From the IMG/VR virus record IMGVR_UViG_2675903658_000004: DNA of 48,141 nt; one strand, written 5' to 3'. The notes under the pieces were generated by a model. That model saw nothing but the letters and a program-made list of their open reading frames with translations. It ran no database searches and was not told where the DNA came from. Below are positions 1 through 9,988 of the stretch, piece by piece (the stretch's first letter is position 1; each line of letters opens with the position of its first letter). Both the position numbers and the translations under genes were made by a program. This DNA is from a virus (taxonomy: Duplodnaviria > Heunggongvirae > Uroviricota > Caudoviricetes).

Positions 1-1143
1 CTATGCTGTTTTGATATCTACGATAATCCAGTCTTTACCACGATCATCATTGTATCGGTCGGTCATTTTTCTGGATTTATGACCTAACAACTTTTGCGTA
101 TCCAGACCCTGTTCCCGATATAACCGTTCTGACAGAGATCGCTGCTCATGAAATGTGGGCGCAGTTCCTGGCTCCCATTTTATGCCACATTTTTCCCTGG
201 CCTTTTTAAAAGCCGTTGTAAGAGTATTTGCAGACACCTGGTCTCCTCTGTTTGCTTGAGAGGTAGTGTGACGGTAATGGACCAGATATTTACTAACAAC
301 AGCATCCCTGCACTGAGATATAACTTCACGAAGGGTAATATTCAGAGCATCGCATTTCAGGTTAAGCGGAATAGCAAGTTTTGAACCGGTTTTTTCCTGA
401 GTAATGTGCAACATGTCGTCCCAGATATCAGAGAATTTCAAATTGCAGATATCGCCTAAACGTTGTCCAGTGACAAGAGCAAGTAGCATCCCGCATTTTA
501 AATAGGGCTGCCGTCTGCTTACGCTGTCAAATATTGCCTGCCATTCGGGCAGTGATAATCTTTGGCGGTTTACTCGATTTCGCGGTTGTTTTGTTGCCTG
601 CGCTGGGTTAAATCCTGGCGGAACATGTCCTGCGTGTTGTGCTTCTTTGAAGACGTCGATCAACACCATTCTCACGACTTGCGCCATCCTGTTATGACCT
701 TCAGCCTTTACAGCATCAATTATTTCGGCAATATCAAGTGCGGTAATATCCTTGAGGTGTTGCATTCCACAATGCTCACGGAAAAGACGAATGGGTTTGC
801 CTTTTTGCCGATAGGAGTTGGGTCTTAGTTCATTATGTTGCAGCCTGTCCTCCTGGATAGAAATATATTTATCAAGCCATTCTGTCACCGTAATGTCTGA
901 GCGCCTGCCTTTCATTCTTTCTAGACGCTCATTGACGCTTAATATTTGTCGGGTACGTTGTTCAGCAATAATGGTATTTGCTTCAGTAGCAACTTGTTTT
1001 GCTTCATTCTCATCAGTTCCTAAGCTATGAAAACGACCGGATAGTGGATGTTTGTATTGCCAATATACCTTTCCGGTTCGCTTATCTAATTTGCAATATA
1101 AATTGGGTATAGAGATTTTGTGAGATCGGGGTCTAGCAGCCAT
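1..1143 (-). CDS. int: phage integrase (tyrosine recombinase)
   Basis: 380-aa ORF at the prophage edge next to an excisionase; C-terminal region typical of tyrosine recombinases; stop codon is the first 3 bases of the window. Confidence 0.85.
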   Translation of the reverse strand: MAARPRSHKISIPNLYCKLDKRTGKVYWQYKHPLSGRFHSLGTDENEAKQVATEANTIIAEQRTRQILSVNERLERMKGRRSDITVTEWLDKYISIQEDRLQHNELRPNSYRQKGKPIRLFREHCGMQHLKDITALDIAEIIDAVKAEGHNRMAQVVRMVLIDVFKEAQHAGHVPPGFNPAQATKQPRNRVNRQRLSLPEWQAIFDSVSRRQPYLKCGMLLALVTGQRLGDICNLKFSDIWDDMLHITQEKTGSKLAIPLNLKCDALNITLREVISQCRDAVVSKYLVHYRHTTSQANRGDQVSANTLTTAFKKAREKCGIKWEPGTAPTFHEQRSLSERLYREQGLDTQKLLGHKSRKMTDRYNDDRGKDWIIVDIKTA

Positions 1144-1369
1144 CAGCGATTATCCGTTGGAGTTTTGGGTTTGCGTTTATTGGGAGTTGCGGTTCTGCAA
1201 GCGTTCCTACAAAACGGGAATTTCGGTCAATCATCCAGTAGCGACCAACTTTTATAGCGGGTGGGGCCATCATTTTCCCTTGCGCGTATTTTTTCAGAAC
1301 TCGCTCACTTGGTGCTAAGTCCCCAAATTCTTCTTTAGCCCAGTCCTGTAAAGTGATTAGTCGAGACAT
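1133..1369 (-). CDS. xis: excisionase-like DNA-binding protein
   Basis: 78-aa ORF immediately upstream of int with an 11-nt overlap; small basic protein in the position of Xis. Confidence 0.65.
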   Translation of the reverse strand: MSRLITLQDWAKEEFGDLAPSERVLKKYAQGKMMAPPAIKVGRYWMIDRNSRFVGTLAEPQLPINANPKLQRIIADGC

Positions 1370-1508
1370 TTGTCCTCCTCTTAGCTGCTGAGGGAGTTTG
1401 TGACCGATATATCTGACATGATATTAAGCTCATGGCAGGTACATCTCTTGACTGGTCATAGAGATAAATTTAATGCTGAGAAATGCAGTATTGAATTTAT
1501 CAATTTTT

Positions 1509-1748
1509 CTATTTCCTGCGTATGGCACGTAACTTCTTAATGTGTTCTGCTGTTTCGATCTCTTCAGCTATCCGATCTGCGTCAGCTTTATTCACAGGTT
1601 CAAAGTCATGATTAAAGCGGAACATGCTGGCGATACATGTTCTGCCTTTTCGGATGTAGTGAACTTTGTTGTGAGTGGAACGCAGGATTTTGCAGGGAGT
1701 GCCGTGGTGGTCGACGTACCAGGTGTTAGGGTAAATCACTCTGAACAT
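1509..1748 (-). CDS. hypothetical phage early protein
   Basis: 79-aa ORF co-oriented with the early-left operon; no recognisable motif. Confidence 0.45.
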   Translation of the reverse strand: MFRVIYPNTWYVDHHGTPCKILRSTHNKVHYIRKGRTCIASMFRFNHDFEPVNKADADRIAEEIETAEHIKKLRAIRRK

Positions 1749-1773
1749 TCTTGACCTTGTGTTGTGCGGATTG

Positions 1774-2058
1774 TTATTCAGTGCCGATATTTACCTTTAT
1801 CGCGTATACCTTTACCGGTTTATCACCGAAGTGCGGATGTGTGATTGTCTTCACTTCATATCCGTCATACGGAACATCAACTCTGCGGCTGGAATCGTCG
1901 CGCTTCGGATATCCCTTTGTGATAATCAGGCGGTCATGCTTACGGTTAACGAGGCGCTTTTTCCAGTAGTCATTACACAGGCGATACTCTTCCGTTTTCT
2001 CTCCGCGAATCATGGCATCGAAGTATTCACCTTTAACGGCAAGTTGCAGGTTAGCCAC
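1774..2058 (-). CDS. hypothetical phage early protein (start uncertain; GTG at 2058 or ATG at 2013)
   Basis: ORF 1774..2142 overlaps the upstream gene; a GTG start at 2058 gives a GTGGCTAA stop/start overlap with the 2051 stop. Confidence 0.4.
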   Translation of the reverse strand: MANLQLAVKGEYFDAMIRGEKTEEYRLCNDYWKKRLVNRKHDRLIITKGYPKRDDSSRRVDVPYDGYEVKTITHPHFGDKPVKVYAIKVNIGTE

Positions 2059-2791
2059 GGTTAACTCCTTGCTGTGTGGCGTCGAGTAATAAATCCCACA
2101 ACCGCTGAGAGCAATTTCCGCATGTACAGCGTTGACCCACAACGTTTATCGCGTTGCTGATTTCCGGCGTTACCTGTTTAGGAACCATAACCCAACCATC
2201 CGGAGTTACCGGAAGCGAGAACGGCAGCACATCTCTGTGAACAAGTTTTTGCTGTGACAGGTTATCCAGAACTTTCTGTACTGCTGCATCACCGAATACA
2301 CCAAGCGCATCTGCCATAACTCCTACAACCTGATAAGCCTCAGCGCATACCGTGGATAAACCATCCGGAATTACCGGAGAGTTGCCGGGTTCTTTAATGT
2401 GCAAGCGAGGCTCACCATCTTTTGGCTCAGGCCACTGGCGCTCCATGTTGATCTTCAATTTATCTTCCATAGCAACGGTAATTTCAGCATCGCTGATGCC
2501 AGCACGGCGCTGTGCATCCCACAACAGAAACTGCATATCAGCCCACTCGCTAAGATCGTCTGGTTCGGCTGCGGCTTCCAGTGCCTCTTTTGAGAGGTGT
2601 TTCAGTGGACCAATGGGGCCAACGCAGCCAAATGTGGAGTCAGACCATTTGGCATGCTCGTGGCGAATCTGTTCGCGTTCCAGTGATGCCAGTGCAATTC
2701 GTGCTAGTTCCATTTGTTCGCCACGAGTAAGCCCGTTTTCAAGCGGATTTTTAATGAACAATTCAATACGTTCTTTGGTAATAGTGGTCAT
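2051..2791 (-). CDS. hypothetical phage early protein (246 aa)
   Basis: Long ORF in the early-left operon; contains NSPVIPDG and LPVTPDG motifs shared with neighbouring genes. Confidence 0.6.
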   Translation of the reverse strand: MTTITKERIELFIKNPLENGLTRGEQMELARIALASLEREQIRHEHAKWSDSTFGCVGPIGPLKHLSKEALEAAAEPDDLSEWADMQFLLWDAQRRAGISDAEITVAMEDKLKINMERQWPEPKDGEPRLHIKEPGNSPVIPDGLSTVCAEAYQVVGVMADALGVFGDAAVQKVLDNLSQQKLVHRDVLPFSLPVTPDGWVMVPKQVTPEISNAINVVGQRCTCGNCSQRLWDLLLDATQQGVNRG

Positions 2792-2997
2792 GTGTTAATC
2801 CTCAAAACTTTATGCCCGGGCGCAAAAGTACGTGTTTTGTCTTTGCTTATTCGCCACCCGTCTTTACGGGCCTCTTTTGCACAACCAGACCATGACGTAC
2901 CGATATACTCACCGAAGTCTGGCACTGGATATACACCTTCCGTACACTGGCGACAATCACAATAGAGATGCATGGTGTAACTTGCGGCAATAGCCAT
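2788..2997 (-). CDS. small Cys-rich hypothetical protein
   Basis: ORF 2788..3039 trimmed to the internal ATG at 2997 that abuts the upstream stop; several Cys residues suggest a possible zinc-binding protein. Confidence 0.4.
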   Translation of the reverse strand: MAIAASYTMHLYCDCRQCTEGVYPVPDFGEYIGTSWSGCAKEARKDGWRISKDKTRTFAPGHKVLRINT

Positions 2998-2998
2998 A

Positions 2999-3532
2999 TC
3001 ACTCTCTTTTTCCCTGAAGCATGGCAGCGTGGCAGGCATCCTCTACGCCCTTAACTGCATCTGCGCAGTAGTTATAGCGATTGCATTCCACTAACTTCTG
3101 CCTGAGATTTTCAATTGCTTGCGCGACATCAGCCTGTATTACAGGAACTGGCGGAACGGCTGTCTGCTGCTCTCGAACGTCATTAGTCGCTATCGGTTCT
3201 GCTGCCAACTGACTGGCATATTTGTTAATGGTAACGATAAGCTCTTGCTCAGCCTCATCCAGACAATCACCGATACCTCGCCTGTCGCCGTCAAAATCAT
3301 CGAAATCAGCACGAACTCTGGCAAATTTCAGGATTGCGGACAACACCTCACCAGGAATTACCGGAGAGTTGGTTGACGTTTCCGAAATTTCCCGAAAATT
3401 ATTGGTTGACGAATTCGCGTTTTCCCGAAAGTTTCCGGCATGAAGCATAGCCGCGCGGCAGGCGTTCCAGCCTCTCACCTCTGCAATAGCGGCAACAGCA
3501 TCGACCGCGTACATGCTAAGAGGGTTAGGCAT
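2999..3532 (-). CDS. hypothetical phage early protein
   Basis: ORF 2999..3607 trimmed to an internal ATG to avoid overlap with the upstream gene; contains an NSPVIPGE motif. Confidence 0.5.
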   Translation of the reverse strand: MPNPLSMYAVDAVAAIAEVRGWNACRAAMLHAGNFRENANSSTNNFREISETSTNSPVIPGEVLSAILKFARVRADFDDFDGDRRGIGDCLDEAEQELIVTINKYASQLAAEPIATNDVREQQTAVPPVPVIQADVAQAIENLRQKLVECNRYNYCADAVKGVEDACHAAMLQGKRE

Positions 3533-3549
3533 TGGTTTTTCTTCAGGTA

Positions 3550-3804
3550 CTACTGGCACTGGCTTGGCATATATAGCGGCTGAACATACCAACCCTTTGA
3601 TAACCAACTGTCAGCAATGTTTTTACTCCTCGTTATTGCCGGAATACCTAAGCCATTGTCTGAATGCAGCCATGCCACCGGATTCTCTTCCAGCGATGCC
3701 AGAGCAATTTCATAAGCCCGGCGCTCAACATTGTCTCGCACATCCAAACTGCTGATACGCTCTTTGATTTCTTTAATCAGTTCTTTGTCGGTAAAAGTGC
3801 TCAT
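3550..3804 (-). CDS. hypothetical phage early protein
   Basis: ORF 3550..3825 trimmed to the internal ATG adjacent to the stop of the Ea22-like gene. Confidence 0.4.
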   Translation of the reverse strand: MSTFTDKELIKEIKERISSLDVRDNVERRAYEIALASLEENPVAWLHSDNGLGIPAITRSKNIADSWLSKGWYVQPLYMPSQCQ

Positions 3805-3805
3805 A

Positions 3806-4570
3806 TCAATCTCCATTGGTATCAATGTTTACAGCCTGACAAGACTCTTTGAGCACCCAGTCAATAGCGTCTTTCCATGCCTCTGTTTCGACTGGTGGAT
3901 TTTCACGCTTAACCTGTTCATAGAAGCGCACTGCTTTAACCAGTCCTTCCGGTACTACTGGTGATGGCTGTTTAGCTTCTAAATCAGCAATTCTGTCAAC
4001 CACGGCATCGACAGCATCTGAAAAGCCGAACCAGTTGCTCCACTCCGGCTCATCCCCGGTTGCTGCAAAGTACATATCTGCTAAAGCAGATTCAGCATGG
4101 TCACGCTCGTTAATGAGTTGCTCTTCGCTTTTCTCCAGTTCAGCAATACGCTTACCCCCATCCGAGATAACACCTTCGTAATACTCACGCTGCTCGTTGA
4201 GTTTTGATTTTGTCTCCTCAAGCTCAACTCTCAGCTTCCCAACAGTAAGAGCAATATCCTCGTTCTCCTGGTCGCGGCGTTTTATGTATTGCTGGTTTCT
4301 TTCCCGTTCATCCAGCAGTGCCAGCACAGTAGCCGGATTGGCTGCGGCGATGAATTCAGCATTGGCCTGCTGTTCCATTTGGAAATCTTCATCGAAACCG
4401 CTTTCTGGATGCGCTCCTTCAATTCTGCAAATGGGAATATATCCAGCAACTTCACGATGAATTAGCGCATAATCACCATCAAATCGGCTCTCTCCATATT
4501 CGAGCGACCACTCACCACACGTTGCTTTTTCTGCCGCTTCACGCAGTGCCTGATAGTTAATTTCGCTCAC
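3806..4570 (-). CDS. Ea22-like phage early protein with coiled-coil middle region
   Basis: 254-aa ORF in the ea22 position between xis and the Red genes; acidic, coiled-coil-rich, as recalled for the lambda Ea22 family. Confidence 0.55.
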   Translation of the reverse strand: MSEINYQALREAAEKATCGEWSLEYGESRFDGDYALIHREVAGYIPICRIEGAHPESGFDEDFQMEQQANAEFIAAANPATVLALLDERERNQQYIKRRDQENEDIALTVGKLRVELEETKSKLNEQREYYEGVISDGGKRIAELEKSEEQLINERDHAESALADMYFAATGDEPEWSNWFGFSDAVDAVVDRIADLEAKQPSPVVPEGLVKAVRFYEQVKRENPPVETEAWKDAIDWVLKESCQAVNIDTNGD

Positions 4571-4788
4571 TTCGAACCTCTCTGTTTACTGATAAGCTCC
4601 AGATCCTCCTGGCAACTTGCACAAGTCCGACAACCCTGAACGACCAGGCGTCTTCGTTCATCTATGGGATCGCCACACTCACAACAATGAGTGGCGGATA
4701 TAGTCTGGTAGTTCAGACGACGCATTTTTATTGCTGTATTGCGCTGTAATTCTTCAATTTCTGATGCTGAATCAATGATGTCCGCCAT
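4567..4788 (-). CDS. TraR/DksA-family C4 zinc-finger protein
   Basis: 73 aa with CxxC...CxxC spacing (CCECGDPI ... CRTCASC); ATGA overlap with the downstream gene. Confidence 0.6.
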   Translation of the reverse strand: MADIIDSASEIEELQRNTAIKMRRLNYQTISATHCCECGDPIDERRRLVVQGCRTCASCQEDLELISKQRGSK

Positions 4789-4886
4789 CTTTCATTAATC
4801 CCTGAATTGTTGGTTAATACGCTTGAGGGTGAATGCGAATAATAAAAAAGGAGCCTGTAGCTCCCTGATGATTTTGCTTTTCATGT

Positions 4887-5168
4887 TCACCGTTCCTTAA
4901 AGACGCCGTTTAACATGCCGATCGCCAGGCTTAAATGAGTCGGTGTGAATCCCATCAGCGTTACCGTTTCGCGGTGCTTCTTTAGTACGCTACGGCAAAT
5001 GTCATCGACGTTTTTATCCGGAAACTGCTGTCTGGCTTTTTTGATTTCAGAATTAGCCTGACGGGCAATGCTGCGAAGGGCGTTTTCTTGCTGAGGTGTC
5101 ACTGAACAAGCCCCATGTCGGCAAGCATAAGCACACAGAATATGAAGCCCGCTGCCAGAAAAATGCAT
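4887..5168 (-). CDS. hypothetical phage early protein
   Basis: 93-aa ORF starting 11 nt downstream of the reconstructed stop of the IS-disrupted gene. Confidence 0.45.
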   Translation of the reverse strand: MHFSGSGLHILCAYACRHGACSVTPQQENALRSIARQANSEIKKARQQFPDKNVDDICRSVLKKHRETVTLMGFTPTHLSLAIGMLNGVFKER

Positions 5169-5321
5169 TCAGTGGTTGTCATACCTGGTCTCTCTCATCT
5201 GCTTCTGCTTTCGCCACCATCATTTCCAGCTTTTGTGAAAGGGATGTGGCTAACGTATGAAATTCTTTGAACCGCCCCGGGAATCCTGGAGACTAAACTT
5301 CCTGAGAAAGAGGTAAACAGG

Positions 5322-5648
5322 ATGACTAAAAATACTCGTTTTTCCCCCGAAGTCCGTCAACGGGCAGTCCGTATGGTTCTGGAAAGTCAGAGCGAATATG
5401 ACTCACAATGGGCGACAATTTGTTCCATTGCTCCAAAGATTGGCTGTACGCCGGAGACTCTGCGTGTCTGGGTTCGCCAGCATGAGCGGGATACCGGGGG
5501 CGGTGATGGAGGGCTCACCACCGCTGAACGTCAGCGTCTGAAAGAGCTGGAACGTGAAAATCGTGAACTGCGCTGCAGTAACGATATCCTTCGCCAGGCT
5601 TCCGCTTATTTTGCGAAGGCGGAGTTCGACCGCCTCTGGAAAAAATGA
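5322..5648 (+). CDS. IS629 OrfA (HTH transposase subunit)
   Basis: 108-aa ORF with HTH and leucine-zipper-like region; ends in an A-run where orfB overlaps in the -1 frame. Confidence 0.9.
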   Translation: MTKNTRFSPEVRQRAVRMVLESQSEYDSQWATICSIAPKIGCTPETLRVWVRQHERDTGGGDGGLTTAERQRLKELERENRELRCSNDILRQASAYFAKAEFDRLWKK

Positions 5649-6535
5649 TGCCACTGCTGGATAAGCTGCGTGAGCAGTACGGGGTCGGACCGCTATGCAG
5701 CGAACTGCATATTGCCCCGTCAACGTATTACCACTGTCAGCAACAGCGACATCATCCGGATAAACGCAGTGCCCGTGCGCAGCGCGATGACTGGCTGAAG
5801 AAAGAGATACAGCGCGTATACGATGAAAATCACAAGGTATACGGTGTGCGTAAAGTCTGGCGTCAGTTGTTACGGGAAGGTATCAGAGTGGCCAGATGCA
5901 CTGTGGCACGTCTCATGGCGGTTATGGGACTTGCCGGTGTTCTCCGGGGTAAAAAGGTCCGTACGACCATCAGCCGGAAAGCCGTTGCCGCAGGCGACCG
6001 CGTAAACCGTCAGTTCGTGGCAGAACGACCTGACCAGCTGTGGGTGGCTGATTTTACTTACGTCAGCACATGGCGGGGCTTCGTCTATGTGGCGTTCATC
6101 ATTGATGTGTTTGCCGGATACATCGTGGGGTGGCGGGTCTCATCGTCCATGGAAACGACATTCGTGCTGGATGCACTGGAGCAGGCGTTATGGGCCCGTC
6201 GACCGTCCGGCACGGTCCATCACAGTGATAAAGGTTCTCAGTATGTATCGCTGGCCTACACACAGCGGCTTAAGGAAGCCGGATTACTGGCATCAACAGG
6301 AAGTACAGGCGACTCGTATGACAACGCGATGGCGGAGAGCATCAATGGTCTTTACAAAGCGGAGGTAATACACCGTAAGAGCTGGAAAAACCGTGCAGAA
6401 GTGGAACTGGCCACACTCACGTGGGTGGACTGGTATAACAATCGACGATTGCTGGAAAGGCTGGGCCATACTCCTCCGGCAGAAGCAGAAAAAGCTTATT
6501 ATGCTTCCATCGGAAACGATGATCTGGCAGCCTGA
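5645..6535 (+). CDS. IS629 OrfB (DDE integrase-core transposase)
   Basis: 296-aa ORF with an rve/DDE core; -1 frame relative to orfA. Confidence 0.9.
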   Translation: MMPLLDKLREQYGVGPLCSELHIAPSTYYHCQQQRHHPDKRSARAQRDDWLKKEIQRVYDENHKVYGVRKVWRQLLREGIRVARCTVARLMAVMGLAGVLRGKKVRTTISRKAVAAGDRVNRQFVAERPDQLWVADFTYVSTWRGFVYVAFIIDVFAGYIVGWRVSSSMETTFVLDALEQALWARRPSGTVHHSDKGSQYVSLAYTQRLKEAGLLASTGSTGDSYDNAMAESINGLYKAEVIHRKSWKNRAEVELATLTWVDWYNNRRLLERLGHTPPAEAEKAYYASIGNDDLAA

Positions 6536-6655
6536 GTTCACAGATAAAACACTCTCCAGGAAACCCGGGGCGGTTCACTTCGTCTGTTTCTACTGGTATT
6601 GGCACAAACCTGACTCCAATTTGAGCAAGGCTATGTGCCATCTCAATACTCGTTC

Positions 6656-6838
6656 TTAACTCAACAGGAGATGCTTTGTGCATACCGCCTCCCGTTTATT
6701 ATTTATCTTCTCAGCCAGCCGCTGTGCTTTCAGTGGATTTCTGATAACAGAAAGGCCGGGAAATACCCAGCCTCGCTTTGTAACGGAGTAGACGAAAGTG
6801 ATCGCGCCTACCCGGATATTATCGTGAGGATGCGTCAT
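6656..6838 (-). CDS. hypothetical small protein downstream of exo
   Basis: ORF 6656..6844 trimmed to the ATG whose first base overlaps the exo stop. Confidence 0.35.
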   Translation of the reverse strand: MTHPHDNIRVGAITFVYSVTKRGWVFPGLSVIRNPLKAQRLAEKINNKREAVCTKHLLLS

Positions 6839-7515
6839 CACCATTGCTCCCCAAATACAAAACTAATTTCAGCCAGTGCCTCGTCCATTTTTTCGATGAA
6901 CTCCGGCACCATCTCGTCAAAACTCGCCATGTACTTTTCATCCCGCTCAACCACGACATAATGCAGTCCTTCACGCTTCATACGCGGGTCATAGTTGGCA
7001 AAGTACCAGGCATCTTTTCGCGTCACCCACATGCTGTACTGCACCTGGGCCATGTAAGCCGATTTTATGGCCTCGAAACCACCGAGCCGGAACTTCATGA
7101 AATCCCGGGAGGTAAACGGGCATTTCAGCTCAAGGCCGTTGCCGTCACTGCATAAACCATCGGGAGAGCAGGCGGTGCGCATACTTTCGTCGCGATAGAT
7201 GATCGGGGATTCAGTAACATTCACGCCGGAAGTAAACTCAAACAGGGCTCTGGCGTCGTTCTCGTACTGTTTTCCCCAAGCCAGCGCCTTAGCGTTAACT
7301 TCCGGAGCCACACCGGTGCAAACCTCAGCAAGCAGGGTGTGGAAGTAGGACATTTTCATGTCAGGCCATTTCTTTCCGGAGCGGGGTTTTGCTATCACGT
7401 TGTGAACTTCTGAAGCGGTGATGACGCCGAGCCGTAATTTGTGCCATGCATCATCCCCCTGTTCGACAGCTCTCACGTCGATCCCGGTACGCTGCAGGAT
7501 AATGTCCGGTGTCAT
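6838..7515 (-). CDS. exo: lambda exonuclease (Red-alpha)
   Basis: 225-aa protein near-identical to recalled lambda Exo; immediately downstream of bet. Confidence 0.95.
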   Translation of the reverse strand: MTPDIILQRTGIDVRAVEQGDDAWHKLRLGVITASEVHNVIAKPRSGKKWPDMKMSYFHTLLAEVCTGVAPEVNAKALAWGKQYENDARALFEFTSGVNVTESPIIYRDESMRTACSPDGLCSDGNGLELKCPFTSRDFMKFRLGGFEAIKSAYMAQVQYSMWVTRKDAWYFANYDPRMKREGLHYVVVERDEKYMASFDEMVPEFIEKMDEALAEISFVFGEQW

Positions 7516-8297
7516 GCTGCCACCTTCTGCTCAGTGGCTTTCTGTTTCAGGAATCCAAGAGCTTTCACTGCTTCGGCCTGTGTCAGTTCTGACGATGCGC
7601 GAATGTCGCGGCGAAATATCTGGGAACAGAGCGGCAATAAGTCGTCATCCCATGTTTTATCCAGGGCGATCAGCAGAGTGTTAATCTCCTGCATGGTTTC
7701 ATCGTTAACCGGAGTGATGTCGCGTTCCGGCTGACGTTCTGCAGTGTATGCGGTATTTTCGACAATGCGCTCGGCTTCATCCTTGTCATAGATACCAGCA
7801 AATCCGAAGGCGAGACGGGCACACTGAATCATGGCTTTATGCCGTAACATCCGTTTGGGATGCGACTGCCACGGCCCCGTGATTTCTCTGCCTTCGCGGG
7901 TTTTGAATGGTTCGCGGCGGCATTCATCCATCCACTCGGTAACGCAGATCGGATGATTGCGGTCTTTGCGGTAAATCCGGCATGTACATGATTCATTGTC
8001 CTGCTCAAAGTCCATACCATCAAACTGCTGGTTTTCATTGATGATGCGGGACCAGCCATCAACGCCCACCACCGGAACAATGCCGTTCTGCTTATCAGGG
8101 AAGGCGTAAATTTCTTTCGTCCACGGATTAAGGCCGTACTGGTTGGCGACGATCAACAATGCGATGAACTGCGCATCGCTGGCATCACCTTTAAATGCCG
8201 TCTGGCGAAGAGTGGTGATCAGTTCCTGTGGGTCGACAGAATCCATGCCGACACGTTCAGCCAGCTTCCCTGCCAGCGTTGCGAGTGCTGTACTCAT
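7512..8297 (-). CDS. bet: Red-beta single-strand annealing recombinase
   Basis: 261-aa protein matching recalled lambda Bet. Confidence 0.95.
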   Translation of the reverse strand: MSTALATLAGKLAERVGMDSVDPQELITTLRQTAFKGDASDAQFIALLIVANQYGLNPWTKEIYAFPDKQNGIVPVVGVDGWSRIINENQQFDGMDFEQDNESCTCRIYRKDRNHPICVTEWMDECRREPFKTREGREITGPWQSHPKRMLRHKAMIQCARLAFGFAGIYDKDEAERIVENTAYTAERQPERDITPVNDETMQEINTLLIALDKTWDDDLLPLCSQIFRRDIRASSELTQAEAVKALGFLKQKATEQKVAA

Positions 8298-8302
8298 CCG
8301 TT

Positions 8303-8599
8303 TTATACCTCTGAATCAATATCAGCCTGATGGTGAGCAATGGTTTCAACTATGTACCGGATGTGTTCTGCCATGCGCTCCTGAAACTCAACATCGTCAT
8401 CAAACGCACGGGTAATGGCTTTTTTGCTGGCCCCGTGGCGTTGTAAATGATCGATGCATAGCGATTCAAACAGGTGCTGGGGCAGGCCTTTTTCCATGTC
8501 GTCTGCCAGTTCTGCCTCTTTCTCTTCACGGGCGATCTGCTGGTAGTGACGCGCCCAGCTCTGAGCCTCAAGACGATCCTGAATGTAATAAGCGTTCAT
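8303..8599 (-). CDS. gam: Gam (RecBCD inhibitor), short form
   Basis: 98-aa ORF beginning [21 protein letters not shown], matching the lambda GamS sequence. Confidence 0.9.
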   Translation of the reverse strand: MNAYYIQDRLEAQSWARHYQQIAREEKEAELADDMEKGLPQHLFESLCIDHLQRHGASKKAITRAFDDDVEFQERMAEHIRYIVETIAHHQADIDSEV

Positions 8600-8674
8600 G
8601 GCTGAACTCCTGAAAATGGCTGTGAAAATATCGCCCGCGAAATGCCAGGCTGATTAGGAAAACAGGAAAGGGGG

Positions 8675-8818
8675 TTAGTGAATGCTTTTGCTTGATCTCA
8701 GTTTCAGTATTAATATCCATTTTTTATAAGCGTCGACGGCCTCACGAAACATCTTTTCATCGCCAATAAAAGTGGCGATAGTGAATTTAGTCTGGATAGC
8801 CATAATTGTTTGATCCAT
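8675..8818 (-). CDS. kil: Kil (host cell-division inhibitor)
   Basis: Internal ATG of ORF 8675..8944 gives a 47-aa [22 protein letters not shown]... product matching lambda Kil. Confidence 0.85.
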   Translation of the reverse strand: MDQTIMAIQTKFTIATFIGDEKMFREAVDAYKKWILILKLRSSKSIH

Positions 8819-8951
8819 TTTTTGGGACTCCTGGCTGATTAAGTATGTCGATAAGGCGTTTCCATCCGTCACGTAATTTACGGGTGATTCGTTCAAGTAA
8901 AGATTCGGAAGGGCAGCCAGCAACAGGCCACCCTGCAATGGCATATTGCAT
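8787..8951 (-). CDS. cIII: CIII (FtsH protease inhibitor)
   Basis: Not in the ORF track (under 60 aa); hand translation from the ATG at 8951 gives [54 protein letters not shown], matching lambda CIII; overlaps the kil start. Confidence 0.85.
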   Translation of the reverse strand: MQYAIAGWPVAGCPSESLLERITRKLRDGWKRLIDILNQPGVPKNGSNNYGYPD

Positions 8952-9023
8952 GGTGTGCTCCTTATTTATACATAACGAAAAACGCCTCGAGTGAAGCGTA
9001 ATTGGTATGCGGTAACGCCGCGC

Positions 9024-9392
9024 TCAGGCGGCCTTGATAGTCATATCATCTGAATCAAATATTCCTGATGTATCGATATCGGTAATTCTTATTCCTTCAC
9101 TACCATCCATTGGAGGCCATCCTTCCTGACCATTTCCATCATTCCAGTCGAACTCACACACAACACCATATGCATTTAAGTCGCTTGAAATTGCTATAAG
9201 CAGAGCATGTTGCGCCAGCATGATTAATACAGCATTTAATACAGAGCCGTGTTTATTGAGTCGGTATTCAGAGTCTGACCAGAAATTATTAATCTGGTGA
9301 AGTTTTTCCTCTGTCATTACGTCATGGTCAATTTCAATTTCTATTGATGCTTTCCAGTCGTAATCAATGATGTATTTTTTGATGTTTGACAT
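9024..9392 (-). CDS. ea10: Ea10-like early protein
   Basis: 122-aa ORF matching recalled lambda Ea10; correct position between cIII and ral. Confidence 0.8.
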   Translation of the reverse strand: MSNIKKYIIDYDWKASIEIEIDHDVMTEEKLHQINNFWSDSEYRLNKHGSVLNAVLIMLAQHALLIAISSDLNAYGVVCEFDWNDGNGQEGWPPMDGSEGIRITDIDTSGIFDSDDMTIKAA

Positions 9393-9574
9393 CTATTCAT
9401 ATCCTCATAGATAAAAAATCGCCCTCACACTGGAGGGCAAAGAAGATTTCCAATAATCAGAACAAGTCGGCTCCTGTTTAGTTACGAGCGACATTGCTCC
9501 GTGTATTCACTCGTTGGAATGAATACACAGTGCAGTGTTTATTCTGTTATTTATGCCAAAAATAAAGGCCACTA

Positions 9575-9775
9575 TCAGGCAGCTTTGTTGTTCTGTTTAC
9601 CAAGTTCTCTGGCAATCATTGCCGTCGTTCGTATTGCCCATTTATCGACATATTTCCCATCTTCCATTACAGGAAACATTTCTTCAGGCTTAACCATGCA
9701 TTCCGATTGCAGCTTGCATCCATTGCATCGTTTGAATTGTCCACACCATTGATTTGTATCAATAGTCGTAGTCAT
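9575..9775 (-). CDS. ral: Ral (restriction alleviation protein)
   Basis: 66-aa MTTTIDTNQWCGQFKRCNGCKLQSECMV... matching lambda Ral. Confidence 0.9.
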   Translation of the reverse strand: MTTTIDTNQWCGQFKRCNGCKLQSECMVKPEEMFPVMEDGKYVDKWAIRTTAMIARELGKQNNKAA

Positions 9776-9845
9776 ACGGATAGTCCTGGTATTGTTCCAT
9801 CACATCTTGAGGATGCTCTTCGAACTCTTCAAATTCTTCTTCCAT
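9759..9845 (-). CDS. 28-codon acidic ORF upstream of ral (MEEEFEEFEEHPQDVMEQYQDYPYDYDY)
   Basis: Hand-translated; ATG at 9845, TGA at 9759-9761, overlaps the ral start; identity with a lambda small ORF is only from uncertain memory. Confidence 0.3.
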   Translation of the reverse strand: MEEEFEEFEEHPQDVMEQYQDYPYDYDY

Positions 9846-9988
9846 ATATCACCTTAAATAGTGGATTGCGGTAGTAAAGATTGTGCCTGTCTTTTAACCA
9901 CATCAGGCTCGGTGGTTCTCGTGTACCCCTACAACGAGAAATCGGATAAACTCTATTCACCCCTACAGAGAGCAAAAGAGAAACGCCG

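Larger units (their letters stand above)
5268..6577 (+). mobile_element. IS629 (IS3 family), copy 1
   Basis: 1310-bp element from TGAACCGCCCCGGG... to ...CCCGGGGCGGTTCA; 3-bp direct repeat CTT on both flanks; orfA/orfB pair inside. Confidence 0.95.
5179..6683 (-). pseudogene. small early gene (about 64 codons) split by IS629 copy 1
   Basis: Minus-strand ORF starting at 6683 runs into the IS end at 6578; with the IS and one CTT copy removed the frame continues from 5267 to a TGA at 5179-5181. Confidence 0.45.

Noticed and set aside
148-1030. Plus-strand ORFs (148..384, 562..828, 818..1030) inside the integrase gene
   Set aside because: They lie antisense within a long, well-supported integrase ORF, have no start context, and show low-complexity composition; treated as shadow ORFs.
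6417-6683. 88-aa ORF 6417..6683 (and equivalents 14547..14870, 47312..47560) taken as an intact gene
   Set aside because: These are chimeric reading frames that start in flanking phage DNA and run into an IS629 terminus (or the reverse); the true genes are the IS-interrupted ones reconstructed above.
8303-8675. Long-form Gam (138 aa) with an upstream start
   Set aside because: The ORF track gives no longer in-frame ORF upstream of the 98-aa form, so only the short form is called.
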